Assembly: GCA_031422435.1 (NCBI GenBank)
Contig: JANPLU010000036.1
Location: forward strand, 1 to 58,510
Reading direction: 5' to 3'
Length of the DNA stretch: 58,510 bases
Source: Acaryochloridaceae cyanobacterium VAR_48_metabat_390
GTDB lineage: Bacteria; Cyanobacteriota; Cyanobacteriia; Thermosynechococcales; Thermosynechococcaceae
The notes beneath the pieces are model-generated. The model was not told the DNA's origin. It saw only the letters and a list, made by a program, of their open reading frames with translations, and ran no database searches. The position numbers and the translations under genes were made by a program. Shown here piece by piece: positions 1 to 10,335 of the stretch. How positions within the stretch are numbered: position 1 is the stretch's first letter; each line of letters starts with the position of its first letter.

Positions 1-531
1 GTAGCTAGCATAGGCTGCTGGCACTTCGTAAGGGAATTTTTCCACCATGGAAGCTTCTAGGATGCCGATGGTATCAAGCAGCGCGTTCTTCTGAGCCACA
101 AGCTGTTCACCATCTTTGGCTTCGGCAGTGGCCTTTAGATCTGCTAACCCTGCCGCAATTTTTTCAGCTATTTCTGTAGCCTGCTGTCGCCGTGACTCTG
201 GTACGCTGGCAACAATTTCATCTTTATGACGGCCTAGAATTGTCGCCGCCTTTGTCACATCACCATTAATGGCAGACCATCGCCTTGCTCGTACCTGAGG
301 GGCAATGTCCTCAAGGCTGCTCTGGACTTGGCGAATAGAATCGTTGTCAAAGGGTAAGGCAAGGCGCAGCAGCGATCGCGGGTCAGTCACAGCATTACCA
401 GGCGGTAATGTTGCAACCAAACTAATCGCATGGGCTGGCAAACACGGCACAAAGCAAAGTCCAATAACCAGACAGGCATAAGTGCTAAACCGCGCGGCTT
501 GGCGACTGAATTCGTTCAAAAGACTAATCAT
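1..531 (-). CDS. Thylakoid-lumen cyclophilin-type peptidyl-prolyl isomerase (Cyp38/TLP40-like), 5' part; runs off the window
   Basis: Not in ORF track. Manual translation from ATG at 531: signal peptide, then LPPGNAVTDPRSLLRLALPFD...MVEKFPYEVPAAY, typical of cyanobacterial Cyp38 homologues. Confidence 0.8.
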   Translation of the reverse strand, partial: MISLLNEFSRQAARFSTYACLVIGLCFVPCLPAHAISLVATLPPGNAVTDPRSLLRLALPFDNDSIRQVQSSLEDIAPQVRARRWSAINGDVTKAATILGRHKDEIVASVPESRRQQATEIAEKIAAGLADLKATAEAKDGEQLVAQKNALLDTIGILEASMVEKFPYEVPAAYASY

Positions 532-645
532 GGTGTAAGGCAATTCTCTTGTTAGCGTTTGCAGTGTGCATTGAGCGCCCCAGCAGGACTTGTCACCACT
601 CAATTCCACTCTAAACCATCGAGTTACCCAGACCACCACTAATCC

Positions 646-1578
646 TTAGCGCTGCAACATAGCCGTGCTTAGATCTTGTGCTACCACAGCCTTAATCGGA
701 ATTCCTGATAAAGAAATCGCTCTAACCTCAGGAATAAATCCAAGGCAGCTTCGAGAAGATCTGGCAAACTGCTCAGGGCTACCGCTGACAAAAAATTGAG
801 TGTAAGGGTTAAGCTGGCTGCTTTTAAGATTGAGCAGCTCTAGCTCTTGAGCCGCCGCTGACGCCATGTGTAGGGCGGGGTCTACCAATGTGATATGGGT
901 GGGCAATAGCGTCTGAATAACGGGAGCTAGGTGCGGGTAGTGCGTACAGCCATAAACCAGGGTATCAATACCTGCTTCAACCAGAGGCTGGAGACGATTC
1001 CAGACAGTGTTTCGCGTCTGAGGATGGGCGATATGATTGGCCTCGATGAGAGGCACAAACTCAGGACAGGCCACCTGAAAGACCTCAACCTCTGGGTTAA
1101 TCTCTAAAATGGCCTTGTGATAGCAGTTACTGGTGACGGTCGCTGGTGTGGCAATAATGCCAATGCGCCTGCCTTGCTTTACGGCTGCTTTTGCGCCAGG
1201 TAAAATAACGCCCAAAATAGGGATATTAAATTCGTGGCGCACGACATCTAAAGCCAGCGCTGAACTGGTGTTACAGGCCATGATTGCCATTTTGACAGGC
1301 TGCTGAACCATCCAGCCTAAAATCTGACGGCCCAAGCTCTGGATTTCGTGGGGAGGGCGATCGCCGTAGGGCACATGAGCCGTATCGCCAAAGTATAGAA
1401 ATGACTCGTGGGGTAGCTTTTCTTGAAGTGCTTTTAAGACAGTTAAGCCGCCCACGCCGCTATCAAAAACGCCAATGGGCAAGTTTTGAGACGAAGAAAC
1501 TGACTGAAGATTTAAGGGATAAACGGGTCTAACGCTAGGCTCACGGCGGCTTGGCACAGCTAATAGGTTCCTACACAC
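646..1578 (-). CDS. murI: Glutamate racemase (true start probably further downstream)
   Basis: IGVFDSGVGGLTV, ACNTS and GCTHYP catalytic motifs. Confidence 0.95.
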   Translation of the reverse strand: MCRNLLAVPSRREPSVRPVYPLNLQSVSSSQNLPIGVFDSGVGGLTVLKALQEKLPHESFLYFGDTAHVPYGDRPPHEIQSLGRQILGWMVQQPVKMAIMACNTSSALALDVVRHEFNIPILGVILPGAKAAVKQGRRIGIIATPATVTSNCYHKAILEINPEVEVFQVACPEFVPLIEANHIAHPQTRNTVWNRLQPLVEAGIDTLVYGCTHYPHLAPVIQTLLPTHITLVDPALHMASAAAQELELLNLKSSQLNPYTQFFVSGSPEQFARSSRSCLGFIPEVRAISLSGIPIKAVVAQDLSTAMLQR

Positions 1579-1843
1579 TCACACTGAGTACGTATTATTG
1601 CTGATCTCTTTCCAAAAGTCTTCTTTCCTCTGGTGAAATTTTAGATTTTTGTGCGTCTTCACATGATCAACACATCGTCCACTTGGAAACCTTAGCTTTT
1701 GGGGAAGACTGAAATTCAATAACTCTTGCCACTAAGAAAGATTCACTATTACAAATAGTGCTAAGAACTTAGGACAATGTAGTTGCCCCGAAACGCTAAA
1801 TCGGCAGTCCCTAAAGTAATTCGGCAGACAAGATAGTCAGAGC

Positions 1844-1984
1844 CTAATCTTCATGGTCTTCATAGGGATCGTCTAGCTGGGCTGCAGGTGGTCCAAAGGC
1901 AGTGTAGACCGCCACACCCGTCACCGCCACAAAGACGAGACCGAGGCTAATGCTAAGAACTGTTGCGGGGTCAGATAGAGACAT
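1844..1984 (-). CDS. psbN: Photosystem II assembly protein PsbN (46 aa)
   Basis: Not in ORF track. Manual translation MSLSDPATVLSISLGLVFVAVTGVAVYTAFGPPAAQLDDPYEDHED; divergent from psbH as usual. Confidence 0.95.
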   Translation of the reverse strand: MSLSDPATVLSISLGLVFVAVTGVAVYTAFGPPAAQLDDPYEDHED

Positions 1985-2066
1985 ATTTTTGAATTGACGC
2001 TTCCCTATATAATATTACGGAAAGTTAAAAAACTTCTGTTGTTGCTCCAGTATTAACAGGTGACGT

Positions 2067-2270
2067 ATGGCAAAGCAGACCTGGCTTGGTAATGTCCTCA
2101 GGCCCTTGAATTCGGAATATGGCAAAGTAGTACCAGGGTGGGGAACTACTCCGGTTATGGCTGTCTTTATGGCGCTATTCTTAGTTTTTCTCCTGATTAT
2201 TCTGCAAATCTTCAATTCTGAGCTGATTCTGGATGGTGTTGACGTTGATTGGGCACGTCTCACCAACTAA
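2067..2270 (+). CDS. psbH: Photosystem II reaction centre protein H
   Basis: [21 protein letters not shown] signature. Confidence 0.97.
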   Translation: MAKQTWLGNVLRPLNSEYGKVVPGWGTTPVMAVFMALFLVFLLIILQIFNSELILDGVDVDWARLTN

Positions 2271-2332
2271 AGCATCCCCCTGACCTAGGGCCATATCGTA
2301 AGATTGCGGATTTCAAAAAACTACACTGAACC

Positions 2333-2359
2333 AAAGCCCGGTCCTTTCCGGGCTTTTTT
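2333..2359 (+). terminator. Rho-independent terminator after psbH
   Basis: AAAGCCCGG-tccttt-CCGGGCTTT stem followed by a T-tract. Confidence 0.85.
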
Positions 2360-2541
2360 GTACGCGTGGACTGCTTAAGCTCAATAGATGAGGCATCTTA
2401 CGGCAAGATGAGAGAACCTAGATCAAAGCACCCCAAGAAAGCTTACAGAGACAGGGGCGATAGGAGTAATGCTAAAAACTCCGCTAAAAGCCTTACTGCT
2501 GCATTTCGACTGCTGCTGCCATTACACCTCAGAGGAAAACG

Positions 2542-2838
2542 ATGAATATTTTTGGGATTGGCTTACCTGAAATGGCCGTCATTTTGGTCATTGCGCTTTT
2601 AGTTTTTGGCCCTAAGAAGCTGCCAGAGATTGGTCGCAGTTTGGGCAAAGCACTCAAAAGCTTTCAAGATGCGTCTAAAGAATTTGAATCTGAGCTAAAG
2701 CGCGGCGCGGCTGAGCTAGAGAAGATCGACGAAACCCCTATGGAAGCACGTCTTGAGCCGTCTGAGCCAGCTCAACTGGTGCAAATAGAAGAGGTGACAC
2801 CTCAAAAGGATGAAATCCTGCATTTTCCTGAGAATTAG
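2542..2838 (+). CDS. tatA: Twin-arginine translocase TatA/E subunit
   Basis: MNIFGIGLPEMAVILVIALLVFGPKKLPEIGRSLGK. Confidence 0.93.
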   Translation: MNIFGIGLPEMAVILVIALLVFGPKKLPEIGRSLGKALKSFQDASKEFESELKRGAAELEKIDETPMEARLEPSEPAQLVQIEEVTPQKDEILHFPEN

Positions 2839-2947
2839 GCTATGAGGCTAGCCTAATTCCGATTAAACTATGTAAAGTCAATTGCTACTTCAAAAAGATT
2901 GACCCACGAAATTGCATTTTGTTACTAGAGCTTGAGCTGCTTAAATT

Positions 2948-3388
2948 ATGGACATCGCACGGTACTTAGCTAATTATAAAAAACTGAGCGTTGGAAGCCC
3001 AGAGTACAACGATTTCATGAGCAAGCTAGAGTCATTAGGAATAGTCGGAATCCCGCTGCCCACACAAAAAATGCCTAGGTTTACCCCCAAAAACTATACC
3101 GCTCAATTTGTTGAAGAACGACATGAGGAGCTAGGAGAAGACGTTCTGAAGGCGTACTTGGCGATCGCCATTCAGAACCTAATCCTCAATCGTAAAGTTG
3201 AACAGCCCCAGTTTGAAGTGGTCGAGGGTTCCATCGTTGAGGAATACCTCAAAACCCTCGAAAGTGAGTTTGACCCTATTGACGATAAAACCTTAAGAAA
3301 GCTCTATATTGAACTAACCAGAAAACCTAGAAAATCCAATGACAACGAAGAAGACGATATTTCTACCTCAGCATCTTTGAGCAAGTAG
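2948..3388 (+). CDS. Hypothetical protein (146 aa)
   Basis: Open frame filling the intergenic space; no recognised motif. Confidence 0.6.
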   Translation: MDIARYLANYKKLSVGSPEYNDFMSKLESLGIVGIPLPTQKMPRFTPKNYTAQFVEERHEELGEDVLKAYLAIAIQNLILNRKVEQPQFEVVEGSIVEEYLKTLESEFDPIDDKTLRKLYIELTRKPRKSNDNEEDDISTSASLSK

Positions 3389-3441
3389 AAATACCGTCTT
3401 GTAGAATTCACCCTAAAGTTGTAGGTGATTGGTCGCTAATT

Positions 3442-4791
3442 TCAGCGACCAATTCCCACATACAAAAATCCAGCCTGCTCTAGCTGGGCTTTATCAAGGA
3501 AATTACGCGCATCTATCATCACCGGATGCTCCATGCGCTGGGCTAACATTACGTAGTCAAGGGACAGAAACTGCGACCATTCTGTCACCAAAACAAGCGC
3601 ATCACAGCCATCCGCCAGATGGCCTGCATCCATCTCTACAATGAGATTCGATAAGCCTTGTCCCACGCCATTTTGAGCGACCAGCGGGTCGTAGGCTTTC
3701 ACCCTTGCCCCTAGTCTGGTGAGCTGCTCCACCAAGGTAAGCGCTGGCGCATCTCGCATGTCGTCTGTGTCGGGCTTGAAGGTTAAACCCAGTAACCCAA
3801 TGGTTTTGCCCTTCAGCACCTTCAGCGTTTTCTGAAGTTTTTCAATCACTACCATCCGCTGATGCTCATTGACGCTAACCGCTGCCTTCAGCAACTCAGC
3901 CGTATACCCATAATCCGAAGCGGTATGAATTAATGCCGAAACGTCTTTCGGGAAGCAAGACCCTCCCCAGCCAATGCCCGCATTTAAAAACTTAGTGCCG
4001 ATGCGAGAATCTAAGCCGATGCCTTTGGCAACTTCGACGACATTTGCCCCCACGCGATCGCAGATATTGGCAACCTCATTAATAAAGCTAATCTTGGTTG
4101 CCAAAAATGCATTAGAGGCATACTTCACCATTTCTGCTGAGCTGAGGTCTGTTACCACAACGGGGACAGGCGGAAGCGCCTGATCCTCAGCATACTTGCG
4201 CTCTACAATAGGTGCATAAAGCATCTGCATCATTTCAACGGCTCTAGATGCGTTGCTGCCGAGCACAATTCGGTCTGGGTTAAACGTATCGTAAACCGCC
4301 GAACCCTCCCGCAAAAATTCAGGGTTGCTCACTACGTCAAAATGAGCATCAGTTGCTGCCATAGACTGCTCTATAACGCCGTCTAAAACCAACATTCGCA
4401 CCCAGTCGCCAGAGCCGATTGGCACCGTTGACTTATTTACAATCACCTTATAGTCAGAAGTAAGATGATTACCGATGCCACGAGCAACCGCCTCTACATA
4501 GCGGGTGTCGCTTTCTCCATTAGGCAGTGCAGGAGTGCCGACTGCAATAAATAAGATCTCACCGTGGGCAACCCCTGTCGCCAAATCCGTCGTAAATTGA
4601 ATCGTCTGATTTTGAATAGCGGCCTGTAAAACCTCAGGTAGTCCTGGCTCATAAATGGGAGACTGCCCCTGCTGCATCAGCTTAACTTTCTCTTCGTTAT
4701 TGTCTACACAAATAACAGAATGACCAATATGAGCCAAAGACGCACCCGTCACTAAGCCGACATATCCCGTTCCAATTACACATACTTTCAT
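3442..4791 (-). CDS. ugd: UDP-glucose 6-dehydrogenase
   Basis: GTGYVG Rossmann motif, NPEFLREG, GGSCFPKD. Confidence 0.95.
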   Translation of the reverse strand: MKVCVIGTGYVGLVTGASLAHIGHSVICVDNNEEKVKLMQQGQSPIYEPGLPEVLQAAIQNQTIQFTTDLATGVAHGEILFIAVGTPALPNGESDTRYVEAVARGIGNHLTSDYKVIVNKSTVPIGSGDWVRMLVLDGVIEQSMAATDAHFDVVSNPEFLREGSAVYDTFNPDRIVLGSNASRAVEMMQMLYAPIVERKYAEDQALPPVPVVVTDLSSAEMVKYASNAFLATKISFINEVANICDRVGANVVEVAKGIGLDSRIGTKFLNAGIGWGGSCFPKDVSALIHTASDYGYTAELLKAAVSVNEHQRMVVIEKLQKTLKVLKGKTIGLLGLTFKPDTDDMRDAPALTLVEQLTRLGARVKAYDPLVAQNGVGQGLSNLIVEMDAGHLADGCDALVLVTEWSQFLSLDYVMLAQRMEHPVMIDARNFLDKAQLEQAGFLYVGIGR

Positions 4792-4910
4792 ATCAATAAA
4801 CCTTAGGTTAAAAAGGAGTCAAATTTAGCTTTAGCAAAATGACCAAGAATAATAGTCCAAAAGACCAATTTTTATACTTCGGCGATTGGTATAGCTAACG
4901 GAAGGCGTTG

Positions 4911-5843
4911 TTAGGCTTCCTTCATGCGAGTCCGAAAATCACTAATGGTACGCTCTAACCCTTCCGTGAGTGGGATGGTAGGCTGCCAGCCAAGGTGCTC
5001 TTTTGCAAAGGAGATATCCGGCTGTCGGCGGCGAGGATCGTCTTGGGGCAAGGGCTTGAACTGAATGTCTGAGCCAGATTGAACCATCGACTGAATTTTT
5101 TGAGCCAACTGCAAGACCGTATATTCTTCAGGATTCCCCAAATTGATGGGGCCAATTGCGTCACCATTCATCAAGCGAATCAAGCCTTCTACGAGGTCAG
5201 ACACATAGCAAAAACTGCGGGTCTGAGATCCATCCCCATAAATGGTTACAGGTTCTCCCTTCAGTGCCTGCACCACAAAATTGCTGACTACGCGACCGTC
5301 GTTTTCTAGCATTCGAGGACCGTAGGTGTTAAAAATCCGAGCCACGCGAATGTCTACGTTATTTTGACGGTGATAGTCAAAGGCAAGGGTTTCAGCGACA
5401 CGTTTGCCTTCGTCATAGCAGCTTCGTGGCCCAATTGGGTTGACGTTGCCACGATAGCTTTCGGACTGGGGATGAACCTCAGGATCTCCGTACACTTCAG
5501 AGGTGGAGGTGAGGAGAAACCGAGCCTTGATGCGCTTAGCTAACCCAAGCATGTTCATAGTGCCCATCACATTAGTCTTGATGGTTTTAACGGGATTGTA
5601 CTGGTAATGTACGGGAGAAGCAGGACAGGCCAAGTGGTAAATCTGATCGACTTCTAGACGAATCGGCTCTGTCACATCATGGCGGATTAGCTCGAATTTT
5701 GGCGAATCAAACCAGCTCAGTAAATTATCCTTCTGCCCCGTAAAGAAATTATCGAGACAAATTACCTCATTACCCGATTTCATGAGCCGATCAATTAGAT
5801 GGGATCCAATAAATCCAGCGCCACCGGTAACTAGAATTCTCAT
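4911..5843 (-). CDS. UDP-glucuronic acid decarboxylase (UDP-xylose synthase family)
   Basis: [33 protein letters not shown]; adjacent to ugd. Confidence 0.92.
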   Translation of the reverse strand: MRILVTGGAGFIGSHLIDRLMKSGNEVICLDNFFTGQKDNLLSWFDSPKFELIRHDVTEPIRLEVDQIYHLACPASPVHYQYNPVKTIKTNVMGTMNMLGLAKRIKARFLLTSTSEVYGDPEVHPQSESYRGNVNPIGPRSCYDEGKRVAETLAFDYHRQNNVDIRVARIFNTYGPRMLENDGRVVSNFVVQALKGEPVTIYGDGSQTRSFCYVSDLVEGLIRLMNGDAIGPINLGNPEEYTVLQLAQKIQSMVQSGSDIQFKPLPQDDPRRRQPDISFAKEHLGWQPTIPLTEGLERTISDFRTRMKEA

Positions 5844-6010
5844 TGTTAATAGATATGGGTAGGGTGAATGAGCTTTGATTTAAGTCGCAATGCTGTTAAG
5901 AGCCTTGACTTTGTGAAAACTTTTTAGATAGGCCATGGCGCAACCATAAATCAAAAAAACTTTTTTTTACAGTATGCATTGCTTCATTGTTCACGGGTAG
6001 GTCAGAAAAA

Positions 6011-6646
6011 TTATTTGACCAGCTCTGCATTCACTTCATTCAGGGGGCGGCGCTTTAGCTCAACCGATTCTGCGCGAGGCAGTAGGTTGAAAATGTCTCG
6101 AAGGACATCATCAAATTCATTAAACGTTCCTTTTCCGAGAATCTCTAGCTTTTTTTTGCCAGCGGCATCAAATAAAAGCGTCTGGGGAACCCTACCTTTG
6201 TAGTAGAACCCAGGTTCTTGTGGGGTGTAGCTCACCTGAGCAGGAATAGAATCGACGTTGACTGGGATAAAATCAATAACTTTGCCGTAGTAAGCCTGAA
6301 GTTGAGAAACAACGTTAGAAAATTGTTTACAGTCTTTGCTGTCTTCAATGTAAAACGTTAGTAGCGTGGGGCGTTCTCCACTAAAGGATTGCGTGAGAGT
6401 GACGCGGGGTGGGACCAAAGACCCATTACCTGCGTACAGGGCAAAAATGTTGCCATCAAAGTGATCGTCCTCTATGCTTGCGTGGGCAATACTGGGCGAT
6501 GTAAAGCTCAAGGATATCCAAACAATTAAGGTGGCGGTAGCGGTCAAAGCGAAAAAATGAGAAAATATTCTTCTAGGTTGGAAATGCTGAATGTTGATAA
6601 GTTTATGCGCTATCGCTGAGAAATACTGAAAGAAACAAGTCAGCAT
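6011..6646 (-). CDS. Thioredoxin-like thylakoid protein (PSI accumulation factor family)
   Basis: Signal peptide, DDHFDGNIFALYAGNGSLVPP and DSKDCKQ motifs conserved in cyanobacteria. Confidence 0.75.
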   Translation of the reverse strand: MLTCFFQYFSAIAHKLINIQHFQPRRIFSHFFALTATATLIVWISLSFTSPSIAHASIEDDHFDGNIFALYAGNGSLVPPRVTLTQSFSGERPTLLTFYIEDSKDCKQFSNVVSQLQAYYGKVIDFIPVNVDSIPAQVSYTPQEPGFYYKGRVPQTLLFDAAGKKKLEILGKGTFNEFDDVLRDIFNLLPRAESVELKRRPLNEVNAELVK

Positions 6647-6916
6647 AGGTTTAATTTAATGGCATAAAAATACTTCAAAATGGATTCTTTAGGATAAAAC
6701 TTAGCCTCTAAATTTTCAATCCATTAATGAATACTTGGATTTCCTTAATGTGTTGAAATTAAAATGATAGAAGCTAAATAATATTTAAAGACGTAGCTGT
6801 AAGGCTTTGAAGCTTTATCATCTTATCAAAGATAAGCAGTTAAAGATAAGTTAAGGAGAGGATGTTCTACATCTATGAACGAGACTTCTATATCAGTAGT
6901 CGCAGAAAAGGAATGA

Positions 6917-7627
6917 TTATCGTTGGGACGCAGCTTCAAATGCTTCTGTTGCCTGAAGGGTTTCAGGTACGTCAAAAAGCTGTTCGGCGATCGCCACTGA
7001 AACCGTAAACGTATTGAGTCCTTGGGCTGCCAGCATAGATATATCTTCAGTGCGGCGAATGCTTGCCACCAGAAGACGGAGGCTGCTGTTAACGCCAGTC
7101 AGCGATCGCTGCATCATGGCTAAGTCCTCACAGCCATTACGTCCAGAATCGTGGATTCTCCCTAAATAGGGTGCGGCATACTCGGCACCAACCGCCGCCG
7201 CAATAATGACCTGCGGCACGGCATAAAGGCCCGTCATAGTAACACGCACCCCTGCTCGAATCAGCTGCACCGCCGCCGCTGTTCCAATTTTAGTTACCGG
7301 AACCTTTACAACCACACGCGGATCAATCTCTGCTAAGCGATGACCGATCAACACGTATCGCTCCACCGATCCACCCCAAGTCTGAAGCTGAATTTCCTGC
7401 GCGCCATAATCCAGCGCCCGCTTTGCCAGCGTTTTTAACGACTCTATCTGGCAGGGTACTTTCGCGCTTTCTAACAGCAGCGGATTGGTCGTGATGCCAT
7501 AGAACATGCCAAAAGGCAGCCACTCCTTCCACTGGCGATCATCCGCACAATCTAACATCAGCCGTAGATTGGGAGTGGCGCTGCGTTGGATATGGGCTGG
7601 GAACGCCTGAATGACAGTATCCATCAA
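6917..7627 (-). CDS. Transaldolase / fructose-6-phosphate aldolase family protein
   Basis: GITTNP, VVVKVPVT and YAAPYLGRI motifs. Confidence 0.88.
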   Translation of the reverse strand: MMDTVIQAFPAHIQRSATPNLRLMLDCADDRQWKEWLPFGMFYGITTNPLLLESAKVPCQIESLKTLAKRALDYGAQEIQLQTWGGSVERYVLIGHRLAEIDPRVVVKVPVTKIGTAAAVQLIRAGVRVTMTGLYAVPQVIIAAAVGAEYAAPYLGRIHDSGRNGCEDLAMMQRSLTGVNSSLRLLVASIRRTEDISMLAAQGLNTFTVSVAIAEQLFDVPETLQATEAFEAASQR

Positions 7628-8156
7628 AATTAATTGTCGTTGAGATGTATAACCGCGCCAGAAGCTGGGAACACTAATAAAACTGCCCGCGTCTCTATCA
7701 ATCTTAAGGGTTTTATGGCATCGCTACGTTCAGCCATCCGTAGTTTTACGGAGTCGCCCCAACACACTAACTAAAAGGGCAAGAGAGATTTTGCAAAAAG
7801 TCAACCGTTTTTACACTCAAAAATCATAAATTTTTGTGAACTTATTTTCTGTTGGGGTAACTGCGCTCCAAAAAGCTTTCTGGTCAAAGACCTTAGATAT
7901 GAAGACCAACTTAAACTGATCGATTATTGGGTTGAAACATCACTATTTGCATCAAAAAATTATCGATATTGAAGTGCTACTCCGCATTAAAGGATCAACA
8001 ATACTCTTTTTCATACCCTGGATTTCCGTGATTTTCCGGATGCCTTGTTCGCTACATGCTTCGTACGCTTATAAAAGATTAATTCTGTAAAAATAAGCCT
8101 CTTTAACGGGAGAGCTAAGCAGGTTATCAGTGCTAAGCCAGACTTGTTGACCTCTT

Positions 8157-8999
8157 TTGTGGATACAGCCCTTTAAAAAAATGTTAGCAACCTCTCCCTC
8201 TGAGCTAAAAAGCGAAAGTCTTGAGCTGCTGCAAGCTTACCAACAGCACCCCACCACTGAGAGACGCAATCAGTTGGTTCAAATGAATTTGGGGCTGGTG
8301 CGCAAAGAAGCCCACCGCTGGGTAAATCAGTGTACTGAAAGCTTTGATGATTTGCTCCAGGTTGGCTGCATTGGACTCATTCGTGCCATTGAACGCTTTG
8401 AGCCAGGAAAGGGACACGCCTTTAGTTCTTTTGCGGTGCCTTACATCCGAGGCGAAATTCAGCATTATCTGCGAGACAAGTGCCCTCAGGTGAGAATTCC
8501 GAGACGGTGGCAAGAGCTACAGCGACAGGCCGTTATGCTCAATAAAGAAATGCGGACTCAGCTCAACCGCACCCCAGATGATGCTGAAATGGCAGAGGCG
8601 CTGGGCGTGTCTGAAGCAGAATGGCAGGAAGTCAAGCTGTCTGTCTGTAACCGCTCCATTCTTAGTCTTGATGCACCGCTGCACAATCACGATGAGAATG
8701 ATTCAGGTTCTCTCGTAGACCTTTTGCCAGATCGGCAATATCGTAGCTTTCAACTGGCTCAAGAAGATCAAATTCGGCTCCAATATGCCCTCACGAAGCT
8801 TGAAAAGCGCACCAGCGAAGTATTGGAATTTGTCTTTTTCCACGACCTGACTCAAAAAGAAACCGCCGAGCTAATGGGCATTAGTGCAGTGACAGTATCG
8901 CGACAAGTTAAAAAGGGGCTGACGGCACTTCAGTCTATGCTGGTCAGCCCCAAGCATGAAGATGAGATTTCTGAACCTGTAGCCGCTATTCATCGTTAG
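8157..8999 (+). CDS. sigF: Group 3 RNA polymerase sigma factor SigF (ATG at 8181 is an alternative start)
   Basis: DLLQVGCIGLIRAIERF, FSSFAVPYIRGEIQHYLRDK, YRSFQLAQEDQIRL. Confidence 0.9.
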   Translation: MWIQPFKKMLATSPSELKSESLELLQAYQQHPTTERRNQLVQMNLGLVRKEAHRWVNQCTESFDDLLQVGCIGLIRAIERFEPGKGHAFSSFAVPYIRGEIQHYLRDKCPQVRIPRRWQELQRQAVMLNKEMRTQLNRTPDDAEMAEALGVSEAEWQEVKLSVCNRSILSLDAPLHNHDENDSGSLVDLLPDRQYRSFQLAQEDQIRLQYALTKLEKRTSEVLEFVFFHDLTQKETAELMGISAVTVSRQVKKGLTALQSMLVSPKHEDEISEPVAAIHR

Positions 9000-9065
9000 A
9001 TAAGCCACTATTTTCACCCAGGATGAAATCCGCACATTTACTAGGGTTGGTGTGGCACGCTTAAA

Positions 9066-10274
9066 ATGACTAAAAGCGGTAGAGCCATAGCAGGACTGAA
9101 AACACGGGTGGATATTTATCAACTTGCCTTACGCTCCTTGATGTTCTCTGGTCTTAAGGCCGATCCAGAAGCCGTACATCGTCAGTTTATGGGCGTTTGC
9201 GATCGCCTCGATCAAAACTGCGATCGCCTTTGGGGACGTTGGGCGCTTCAGCAAATTTATAGTCGTCTCGGCTGGTCTGATGATCGCTTGGCTCAGACGC
9301 TGTGGGGCTTAGAATTCCCAAACCCGATTGGTCTAGCCGCGGGGTTTGATAAAGATGGCATAGGCAGTAACGTATGGCCTGCCTTTGGTTTCGGCTTTGC
9401 AGAACTAGGCACCGTGACTGCCCACGCGCAGCCTGGGAACCCTCAGCCGCGATTGTTTCGTTTACCTGCCGATCAGGCCGCCATTAACCGGATGGGTTTT
9501 AATAACGGTGGCGCGGCTCAGATGGCTCGTGTCCTTGCTGCTTCGCAGGGGCGCAGTGCAGCCCTTCAAGCAACAGGTCTCCCAAAAATTCCGATTGGGG
9601 TCAATTTAGGCAAATCAAAAATTACGCCGCTAGACGCTGCAGTTGAGGACTACTGCGAGAGTTTTCAGCAACTCTCTACCTTGGGTGATTATGGGGTGGT
9701 TAACGTCAGTTCGCCCAACACGCCAGGGCTGCGATCGCTCCAGTCCGTTGAGCAGCTCGCGCCCATTTTGAGCGCTCTTCAGCGAGCCAACGTGCAAAAT
9801 AAGCCCATCTTGGTCAAAATCGCCCCTGATTTAGCATGGGAAGATATTACTGACATCGTTGAGCTAGTCCAGCGCTACAAACTCGCTGGGGTGATTGCCA
9901 CAAACACCACCATTTGCCGTGACGGGCTAAAGACAGCGCAAATTTTAGCCACGGGGCACCCCCCCGAGCAAGAAGCAGGGGGACTCAGCGGCGCACCTCT
10001 GCGCAGTCGCTCTACCGAAGTGATTCGATTTATTTGGGAATCGACCCAGGGTACCGTGCCCATTATTGGCGTGGGCGGCGTGTTTACAGCCCAAGATGCT
10101 TGGGAAAAACTGGCGGCAGGTTCTAGCCTGGTGCAGGTCTATACCGGATGGACCTATGAAGGCCCTTGGATGGTGCGCCGTATTTTGGAAGGGTTAGGCG
10201 TGGCACTGACGCACCACGGGCTACGTCAAATTAAAGAGGTTATCGGTACGGGTTTACCCTATCGCGCATCTTAA
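9066..10274 (+). CDS. pyrD: Quinone-dependent dihydroorotate dehydrogenase
   Basis: NPIGLAAGFDK, NRMGFNN, VNVSSPNTPGLR, GGLSG. Confidence 0.96.
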   Translation: MTKSGRAIAGLKTRVDIYQLALRSLMFSGLKADPEAVHRQFMGVCDRLDQNCDRLWGRWALQQIYSRLGWSDDRLAQTLWGLEFPNPIGLAAGFDKDGIGSNVWPAFGFGFAELGTVTAHAQPGNPQPRLFRLPADQAAINRMGFNNGGAAQMARVLAASQGRSAALQATGLPKIPIGVNLGKSKITPLDAAVEDYCESFQQLSTLGDYGVVNVSSPNTPGLRSLQSVEQLAPILSALQRANVQNKPILVKIAPDLAWEDITDIVELVQRYKLAGVIATNTTICRDGLKTAQILATGHPPEQEAGGLSGAPLRSRSTEVIRFIWESTQGTVPIIGVGGVFTAQDAWEKLAAGSSLVQVYTGWTYEGPWMVRRILEGLGVALTHHGLRQIKEVIGTGLPYRAS

Positions 10275-10335
10275 ATAAATCTCTTACCATAAGTTAAGAA
10301 CTGTAACGTCTTTATCAGACCAAGGCATCTGTGAA

